From assembly GCA_049320885.1 (NCBI GenBank), contig JBMORA010000014.1:1-64000 (forward strand): 64,000 nt of DNA. Direction: 5' to 3'. Within the stretch, counting starts at the first letter, position 1. Each line of letters begins with the position of its first letter. Under the pieces are notes generated by a model, which did no database searches, had not been told where the DNA came from, and saw nothing but the letters and a program-made list of their open reading frames with translations. The position numbers and the translations under genes are program-made. Shown here piece after piece: positions 57,472 to 64,000 of the stretch. This stretch comes from Thermodesulfobacteriota bacterium. GTDB taxonomy: Bacteria > Desulfobacterota > Desulfobacteria > Desulfobacterales > SURF-7.

Positions 57472-58644
57472 ATGGATATGAAAACGAATTTACTCGGCAG
57501 GCTTTTTTCCCCGGAACACAGCGGCAAATGGCGGATGCCGACCGGTACCTATTGGTTGATCCGGGCGTTTCACAGCCTGCGCCCGCTGCTGTTCCACCTC
57601 AGCGGACTGGAAACCCGGTTGCTTGGAAAGGAACTGGACGGCATCACCATTGACCGGCCCATATTTATCTGCGGCATTGCGCGATCCGGCACCACCATCA
57701 CCCTGGAAATGCTGCACCACCATCCGGACGCGGCCTGCCATTTGTATTATCATGCGCCGCTGCCGCATCTGCCGGTCTGGTGGGACCGAACGGTTACCTT
57801 CCTGCCGCTTCCGATTTCCAAACCCGTGGAGCGTCTCCACAGGGATGGGTTGCTTGTCAATCAGAAGAGTCCGGATGCAATTGAGGAACGCTTATGGATG
57901 GACTTTTTCCCGGATCTTCACGATGAGCAACATTCCAATGTCCTGTCTGAAAACCATCGCAATGAACGCTTTGAAGCGTTTTATCGCGACCACATCCGTA
58001 AACTGCTGTACCGGCAGGACGGAAAACGCTATTTGACAAAGAACAACTACAACATCACGCGGCTGGAATACCTGTTGAAACTATTTCCCGATGCGCGCTT
58101 CCTGCTGCTGGTGCGAGATCCCGCGGATCATATCGCCTCGTTGATGAAGCAGCACCGGCTTTTCACCGCATTGGAACTCGGGCAGCCCGGTCTGAGCAAA
58201 TGGTTGAATATTGTCGGGCACTATGAATTCGGCACCTCCATACAATTGATCAATACAGGCGAGGCGGGCGCGGTCGATCACATCCGGGATCTGTGGTCGC
58301 GGCGGAAATACGTCCAGGGCTGGGCGGCCTATTGGGCTTCCATTTATCATTTCGTTGCCGATCGTCTGGAGCGGAATCCGGCGCTGGCAGCCGCGTCCCT
58401 GATCGTCCGCTACGAAGACCTGTGCGCGGATTCCGGCGGCGCCATCGACCGGATCCTCTCCCATACCGGTCTCCCGGCTGAAACGTTTTCAGCTGTCCGA
58501 GAACGCTATGTCCGGCGGTTACAACCGCCGCGCTATTACAAACCCGATTTTTCTAGAAACGATTTGAACGATATCCGCATGATCACCCAGTCGGCGGCCC
58601 GGCGGTGCGGATATGACCGGCCAGCCTCCTGCTCGCCTCCGTAA
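57472..58644 (+). CDS. PAPS-dependent sulfotransferase family protein
   Basis: 5'-PSB loop PIFICGIARSGTT, 3'-PB motif FPDARF..LVRDP...IAS, and VRYEDLC. Confidence 0.88.
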   Translation: MDMKTNLLGRLFSPEHSGKWRMPTGTYWLIRAFHSLRPLLFHLSGLETRLLGKELDGITIDRPIFICGIARSGTTITLEMLHHHPDAACHLYYHAPLPHLPVWWDRTVTFLPLPISKPVERLHRDGLLVNQKSPDAIEERLWMDFFPDLHDEQHSNVLSENHRNERFEAFYRDHIRKLLYRQDGKRYLTKNNYNITRLEYLLKLFPDARFLLLVRDPADHIASLMKQHRLFTALELGQPGLSKWLNIVGHYEFGTSIQLINTGEAGAVDHIRDLWSRRKYVQGWAAYWASIYHFVADRLERNPALAAASLIVRYEDLCADSGGAIDRILSHTGLPAETFSAVRERYVRRLQPPRYYKPDFSRNDLNDIRMITQSAARRCGYDRPASCSPP

Positions 58645-58772
58645 ATCGCGACCATCGGTTACCGGCCAGGGCTCGGGAAAAACAAAGCATTAACTGTACA
58701 CTATCTTCCAGTCGTAAATTATCTATATATTTTATATTAACAATAAGTTATAAAACATATGGCGCCGTATTT

Positions 58773-58800
58773 GTCAAAATATATTGACTATATGGTCAAT
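58773..58800. promoter_or_regulatory. Palindromic operator upstream of the acyl-CoA dehydrogenase pair
   Basis: ATTGAC-TATATG-GTCAAT (58783-58800), with an overlapping GTCAA-N6-TTGAC (58773-58788), in an AT-rich intergenic region. Confidence 0.55.
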
Positions 58801-58940
58801 TTGTCATAGGCAATGCCAGGGACCGGATGCGCCGGCTCCGCTTGTATACAGAAACATATATCGGATTCAATGTGCCTTCCCGGCATGACGTCAGCTCCAA
58901 GTGGCTGTCATGCCGGGGCCGACCCGGGAGGCGACACCCG

Positions 58941-60482
58941 ATGTCCCCGATACGATACGGTCTTTCAGCCGAGGCGCCGGATCTGGCGGAAGGCCTGCCG
59001 GCCCTGGCCAGGCTGAAGCTCCATTGTCCGGACTATGTCCGCAGGGCTGAAGATGCCCAGCGGGTTGCCCGCCGATTCGCCAGGGAAGAACTGCTGCCCA
59101 AGGTCTTGGAAATCGACACCCGCTGTTCCGCGGATCCCGCCTATGTGGACTGGAATCTCTGGCGACGTGCGAATGAGCATAAGCTGACCATATCCCCGAT
59201 ACCTGAAAAACTGGGCGGACTGGGCTGGAGCGCGCTGGGAAACGCGGCGCTGGTGGAAGAACTGGCCAGCGTCTGTATGGCCAGCGCGGCCAACATCACT
59301 TTCAACACCTTCGGTCTGTTGGGTGCCATGGTGGAATGCCGCACCGGCATTCTGATGCGGATCATCCGGCAGATGGTGGCGGCCCAGAAGGCGGAAAAGC
59401 CCCTCTTCTGGTCCTGGGCCATCACGGAGCCCGGGGCCGGCACGGACATGGAGGAAGAGAGGGCCATGAAAACCATGAAGCCGTCCACCAGTGCCCGAAA
59501 AGTGAGCGGCGGGTATCGCCTTAATGGAACCAAGTGTTTCATCACCAACGGCAGCCTGGCCCAGTATGTGATCGCCAATATTCCCCTGGACCCGCAATCA
59601 CCGCTGGAATCCATGGCCACGTTCCTGATACCGGCCTCGTCCAGAGGGTTTTCCGTTGGGCGAGTGGAACGAAAATGCGGCCAAAAGGCCAGCCAGACCG
59701 CCGAGCTTTTTTTTCAGGACGTATTCGTTCCGGAGGAGAATCTGTGGGAACCTCCAGGAAGGGGCTTGCGGCATACGCGGGAAATTCTGTCCATCACCCG
59801 CGGGTATATTGGACTGGCGGCCCTGGGCATGGCCCGGGGTGCCTTCGAACGCGCTGTTCAGTACGCCGCCCGGAAACAAGTCCGGCACCACCGGCTGATC
59901 GACGAAGAATGGGTCCAGTTTGCCTTTGCCGACATGCTCAAGGAGATAGCCGTGGTGCGGAGTGCGGCCTACGAGTTCGCCCTGGCCCTGGATAACCGGC
60001 ACGTCTGGAGTCTGTTTGACAAACTGCCGGTGAAACTCGGGTTGAAGCTGATGCCCGGATGGCTGCTGAATAGCCGTTTTCTGATACAAATGACCCAATG
60101 GCCGCCCATCGACCGCCTGGGCTCCTGGTATAAACACAGCTTGGTGCCGGACCACCGGGTGGAGGAATTCCTCAAGATGGGATCCGCGCTGAAAGTGGCC
60201 GGAACCGATCTGGCCGTTAACGTGACTTCCCGGGTCCTGGATGTGGTGGGGCTCGAAGGCATGGCGTATGGCCACGGCATTGAGAAATATTTCCGTGATG
60301 CCAAGATCACCCAGATTTACGAGGGCACCAATCAGGTCAATCGTATGGATCTGTTTCACCATGAGATCGGCCGGCAACTGGAATTACCGAAACTCCGCCG
60401 GTCGGAGAAGCGGATAGGAATGCCTGAACCTCAAACCAAGGACGACAGGTCATGTCCCGGCCCATGCTGCATGCGATTCTGA
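58941..60482 (+). CDS. Acyl-CoA dehydrogenase (catalytic-type subunit, with internal insertion)
   Basis: Motifs ITEPGAGTD, LNGTKCFITNG, KCGQKASQTAEL and EKYFRDAKITQIYEGT. SD GGAGG precedes ATG 58941. Confidence 0.87.
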   Translation: MSPIRYGLSAEAPDLAEGLPALARLKLHCPDYVRRAEDAQRVARRFAREELLPKVLEIDTRCSADPAYVDWNLWRRANEHKLTISPIPEKLGGLGWSALGNAALVEELASVCMASAANITFNTFGLLGAMVECRTGILMRIIRQMVAAQKAEKPLFWSWAITEPGAGTDMEEERAMKTMKPSTSARKVSGGYRLNGTKCFITNGSLAQYVIANIPLDPQSPLESMATFLIPASSRGFSVGRVERKCGQKASQTAELFFQDVFVPEENLWEPPGRGLRHTREILSITRGYIGLAALGMARGAFERAVQYAARKQVRHHRLIDEEWVQFAFADMLKEIAVVRSAAYEFALALDNRHVWSLFDKLPVKLGLKLMPGWLLNSRFLIQMTQWPPIDRLGSWYKHSLVPDHRVEEFLKMGSALKVAGTDLAVNVTSRVLDVVGLEGMAYGHGIEKYFRDAKITQIYEGTNQVNRMDLFHHEIGRQLELPKLRRSEKRIGMPEPQTKDDRSCPGPCCMRF

Positions 60483-61585
60483 ATGAATGCCGCCATTTCG
60501 GTAAAAAGGAAATCCGTCCTTCCTGTCTTGCTGCCGATGCCGCCTCGGATTGGGGCTGGGCGAAAACCGTCTGCCGCCGAAGCGCGGTGATGGATATTCC
60601 GAATCTCATGATACCGGAAAACCCGCCGCAAGTCATGGCAGGGGCCCGGATTTGCGCCGCTGTCCTGGATGTGCTCGCTTTTGAATGCGCTTCCGTTGCC
60701 TCCATTCTGGCCCACCATTTTGCGGCCTCCATACCCCTGGTGGCCAGCCAGTCGCCGTCTGCGAATGAATTTGCAGTCCGAGCCGCAGGGGGCGATGAGG
60801 TTCTACTGGCTGGAGTGCTGTTTCCCGATGAACAGGAGGAAAATGGTCTGAGACTGCAGGAAACGGAAACCGGTCTGGCTTTGTCCGGCAGCCTTCCATT
60901 GGCGGGCAACGCCTTTGCGGCCGACTGGTTTTGTCTGTTCCTGGATGAAGGCTCCAACAGGCCGGAAATTACCTGTCTGCTGGTCCGGAAAAACCAGCCG
61001 GGTGTCGCTGTTGGCCCTGACGCCGGATTGCCGGGATTGAAAGCCAATCCCTTCGCACCCATGACATTTACGGATGTGGCCATTCCGCCGGAGGCGATGT
61101 TGGCCGAACGTGGAAAAGCCGGACCGCTGCTGAATCAAACCCGGTCCGCTTTTTGGGGATTTATCGCCGCAACGGCCATGGGTTGCGCCCGTAAGGCCTT
61201 CCAGACCGCCCATACCCACGCTGCCCAGCGGTATCAGTTCGGCCGGCACATCATCCGGCATCCGGAAATCCAGCGCATGCTGGGCCAAATGTTGATGAAG
61301 CTGAATGTCGGCACCGCAGCCTATGAATCCCTGTTCCAGGAAACGGATCGCGGCCTCCCTTTCCCCGGGCTCGATGCAGGACTGATGAAAGGCTTCTGCG
61401 CGGACTGCGCCCTGGAGATCGCCCTGGATGCCGTTCAAATCCACGGTGGATACGGTTACATGCAGGAATACGGCGTTGAAAAACTCATGCGCGACGCGAA
61501 AGTGCTTCAGCTGCTGGGAGGTGGTAGCACCAGCCACCAGATCCGCTGCATCGCCAAGGGCCGAGAGGCATATGGTCCTCGCTGA
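60452..61585 (+). CDS. Acyl-CoA dehydrogenase-like protein, degenerate (probable non-catalytic partner)
   Basis: C-terminal motifs RYQFGR.I, AVQIHGGYGYMQEYGVEKLMRDAK are intact. TEPxxGSD is absent and LLGGG replaces IYEG. Confidence 0.78.
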   Translation: MSRPMLHAILNECRHFGKKEIRPSCLAADAASDWGWAKTVCRRSAVMDIPNLMIPENPPQVMAGARICAAVLDVLAFECASVASILAHHFAASIPLVASQSPSANEFAVRAAGGDEVLLAGVLFPDEQEENGLRLQETETGLALSGSLPLAGNAFAADWFCLFLDEGSNRPEITCLLVRKNQPGVAVGPDAGLPGLKANPFAPMTFTDVAIPPEAMLAERGKAGPLLNQTRSAFWGFIAATAMGCARKAFQTAHTHAAQRYQFGRHIIRHPEIQRMLGQMLMKLNVGTAAYESLFQETDRGLPFPGLDAGLMKGFCADCALEIALDAVQIHGGYGYMQEYGVEKLMRDAKVLQLLGGGSTSHQIRCIAKGREAYGPR

Positions 61586-63116
61586 TTTTTCCAGAAACCC
61601 TTGCGGAGTGCCCATGAAAAACCATAGAGGCCTTGAATCCCGTTGGGCATGGATGTGCCTCCCCTACCCGGCCCGGATCCGCTCCGCAATAAGGGAAAAG
61701 GATATGGACCGAGCCATATCCCTGAGCCGGGAAATGTCCCAGAGCACCATTTCCCTGCATGATTTTTTTGCCGATTCCTGCGCGGTGTTGTGGAGCTGGG
61801 TCAGCGGGGAAATGGGAGAAGACTCTCTGCCGGCGCTTTTTCGCTTCATTTTTTTTCATGCCGCCCGGAGGCAGTATTTCGATGCCGCCAGGGCCCAGGT
61901 GATGCCCCATTTGACGGTCGGATTGCTGGCCAAGTCCTGGCGGGCCCACAGTTGCTTCGGTGCGGGCCCCTTTCCGGGAAAATTCCACATTTCGGAGGAT
62001 GAGGAGAAATTCACGTTTCATCTTCACCCCTGCGGCAGCGGCGCCCGGCTCTGGCTGAGGGGCATATACGCGGAAGGAAAAGGGGGTGCCTGCGTTCGTC
62101 AGGCAAGAACCTGGACATATGGCCGGGATCATTTTCCGGTTTACTGTGTCCATTGCCCTTTCCTGAATGAAATCCTGCCCTGGGAATCAACCTATGGCGC
62201 CTTGCTGTGGCCGGTTGATCCGCCCGAAAAATTCGGGAAAGACGAATGCCGCTGGTACGTCTATAAAAACCCGGGCGACATACCGGAGCATCACTACGGC
62301 CGCCTTGGAATCCGAAGAAAGCGGAAATCATCCGGATCGGCCTCGGGAACATTCCGGCGGATTTTTTCAGAGCGGGAGCTGGTGGAGATGAGCAGGCCCG
62401 TTACCGATCGCCTGGCGGAAGCCCTGGGAAGAAACGATATCCGGCAATCGGCACGTCTGGTCCGGGAGGTCCGCGATGAATTCCTTACCCTGCATGATCT
62501 GTATGTCATGATGATCTCCGCCACGTTGACGTATATCGCCGCTTTCCTGGGGGAAGACCGGCTTGGTAACGCCCTGGAGGTCCAGTATGAGCGGTGTGTC
62601 CGGCCCATCCTTCGGGAGCTCGCGGGCCGAACGGCAATGGATCGGGTTGCGTTTCTGGCAGGCCGGGTTTTCGGCGCCGATGCCTGCAATGGAACCGGCC
62701 TTCACGGCGCCCGCTTCCACCTGGAAGAAACGGACCAGTCCTGCCGCTTCATCCTCGCGCCTTGCGGCAGCGGCGGACGCCTTATCAACAGCGGCGCCTG
62801 CGATCCCATGCCGCTCACCGTTCGATACCGGGAACAAGTGGAAAACAGCCTGGCCCGGTGGGGAACCCATCTGCTACCGCTTCCTGAAAAACCGGTCGCC
62901 ATGGTTTTCCCCCGGCTGGTGACCCATTTCACCCAGCGCAAACCCTACGATCAAGGCCGGACCCGAAGTCCCCGCTCCTGGTCCTTTGACCGGAAAAATC
63001 TACCCTATTATTGCTGCCAGTGCGGCATGTTGCAGCAGAAATTGGGAGACTCGGTATTACGGATCCGGCCGCCCTATAAAAAAGGAGATGTCTGTCGCTG
63101 GGAAATTGATCCATAA
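61572..63116 (+). CDS. Hypothetical protein with two tandem Cys-containing domains
   Basis: Internal duplication LHD..GED..FH..E..PCGSG.RL..W..R..P.YCxxC..PP..CRW. Start overlaps the upstream gene. Confidence 0.8.
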   Translation: MVLADFSRNPCGVPMKNHRGLESRWAWMCLPYPARIRSAIREKDMDRAISLSREMSQSTISLHDFFADSCAVLWSWVSGEMGEDSLPALFRFIFFHAARRQYFDAARAQVMPHLTVGLLAKSWRAHSCFGAGPFPGKFHISEDEEKFTFHLHPCGSGARLWLRGIYAEGKGGACVRQARTWTYGRDHFPVYCVHCPFLNEILPWESTYGALLWPVDPPEKFGKDECRWYVYKNPGDIPEHHYGRLGIRRKRKSSGSASGTFRRIFSERELVEMSRPVTDRLAEALGRNDIRQSARLVREVRDEFLTLHDLYVMMISATLTYIAAFLGEDRLGNALEVQYERCVRPILRELAGRTAMDRVAFLAGRVFGADACNGTGLHGARFHLEETDQSCRFILAPCGSGGRLINSGACDPMPLTVRYREQVENSLARWGTHLLPLPEKPVAMVFPRLVTHFTQRKPYDQGRTRSPRSWSFDRKNLPYYCCQCGMLQQKLGDSVLRIRPPYKKGDVCRWEIDP

Positions 63117-63325
63117 GGACTTTTTTTCCTGCCGCCCCCATCCATATCCTTTTGTGTTGACAACCCGGATGATCCGGTATTTATAGAATTATTCTTTGAA
63201 CAAAGTTAATGAAATTCGCGAAAACCCGCCGTCCGGAGAGGTTCCGGTAGATTTGCCTGCGTCCGGCATCGCGGCAAGGGGCGGGCATCCGGTATATCCA
63301 CTTTTTCGGTGAAAGGCGGAATGCT

Positions 63326-64000
63326 ATGAAACGTATCGGTTATTCCCTCGGTTTAATGACGGTTTTGATGCTGTCGGTTTCATTTTTATCCTGCGATGAA
63401 AGCCAGATCGTCGATCTGAGCTCCCACCAGTCGCAGGGTCTTCCGGCGCAAAAGTCCGGACTGGCGCTTCCCAAATTGAGCCTGGTGAAACTGCAGGGCA
63501 AGTTGAACCATTTCGGCATGGACATCTCCCAGTCCCCGCCCCAATACATCGATTACCATGCCACGGTGCCGGACGCCAAGGTCTGGATCGCCGAATTTCC
63601 CTTTACCCGGCATCTCAATATCCGCTCCGACGAAACCGGCTGGTGGACCATGTACATCATCAAACGGAAGGGCGTGGATCTGGCATTTTCCCTGGTGTAT
63701 GAAAAAGAAGGCTGGATCACCACCAAATCCAATAAAATCCGGGTCACCGACGAAGACAACCTGGATCTCGCCATCCAGTTCATTGACCCGGCCTATTATA
63801 CCTATGCGGTGAAACCCACGGTGGAGGGTATGCTGGGAACCACTCTGGCCAACGCCCTGGTGGTGACGGTGGGAAAATCCTGGGCCAGCATGCACGATGA
63901 CCGCCTGCCCCATGGCGATGCCGGCGCCCTGGCCGTCATGGCGCCGCTTTCGTCAGCCATAGGTCCCATCTATTTCAACGAGGCGGTGTTTCCCGATCCC
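63326..64000 (+). CDS. Predicted lipoprotein, truncated by window end (absent from ORF track)
   Basis: Open frame MKRIGYSLGLMTVLMLSVSFLSC-DESQ... with a lipobox-like FLSC and no stop before 64000. Confidence 0.7.
   Translation, partial: MKRIGYSLGLMTVLMLSVSFLSCDESQIVDLSSHQSQGLPAQKSGLALPKLSLVKLQGKLNHFGMDISQSPPQYIDYHATVPDAKVWIAEFPFTRHLNIRSDETGWWTMYIIKRKGVDLAFSLVYEKEGWITTKSNKIRVTDEDNLDLAIQFIDPAYYTYAVKPTVEGMLGTTLANALVVTVGKSWASMHDDRLPHGDAGALAVMAPLSSAIGPIYFNEAVFPDP

Noticed and set aside
63157..63190. MerR-type promoter (TTGACA with a CCGGAT-G-ATCCGG dyad in the spacer)
   Set aside because: There is no convincing -10 hexamer at 19-20 bp spacing and no MerR gene in the window.
1..64000. CRISPR arrays, IS elements, prophage, rRNA/tRNA, selenocysteine or pyrrolysine read-through
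   Set aside because: By eye I saw no spaced repeats, transposase/integrase/phage motifs or structural RNA signatures, and no gene appeared interrupted by an in-frame TGA or TAG. A covariance-model scan would be needed to exclude small RNAs.

Overview
This is a core-chromosome segment of a moderately GC-rich anaerobic bacterium. The gene repertoire suggests Desulfobacterota (Desulfobacterales-like), which is an inference. I found no rRNA, tRNA, CRISPR array or mobile element. From left to right: (1) 0.46-10.7 kb is a nine-gene acyl-CoA carboxylase operon resembling acyclic-terpene/branched-chain (Atu/Liu) catabolism. It has a BKACE (DUF849) enzyme and a TIGR03084 protein but no AtuA or HMG-CoA lyase, and has candidate TetR operators upstream. 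(2) A NUDIX hydrolase and a BMP-family ABC transporter. (3) An origin-type block: YkgJ/hypothetical/PrmA-like operon, a perfect parS site, mnmE-jag-yidC-yidD-rnpA-rpmH, then rng and a radical SAM fusion where dnaA would normally lie. (4) htrA, asnS, NRDE, thiolase, an unannotated 51-aa membrane protein, gyrA-gpsA-radC-pgk and several hypotheticals. (5) rplU-rpmA-obgE-proB-proA-nadD-rsfS-gpmI. (6) An accessory right end: fdhD, rhodanese, MBL hydrolase, cupin, phosphatase, a porin plus periplasmic-protein pair behind a perfect sigma70 promoter, a sulfotransferase, a probable heteromeric acyl-CoA dehydrogenase pair, a tandem-duplicated 4-Cys domain protein and a truncated lipoprotein. The best candidates for undescribed biology are the lyase-less Atu-like operon with BKACE and the ACAD pair/Cys-repeat operon. 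Smaller oddities include a yidD that appears to start at ATT and an origin gene cluster lacking its dnaA-gyrB core. All family assignments come from motif recognition by eye; no searches were run.
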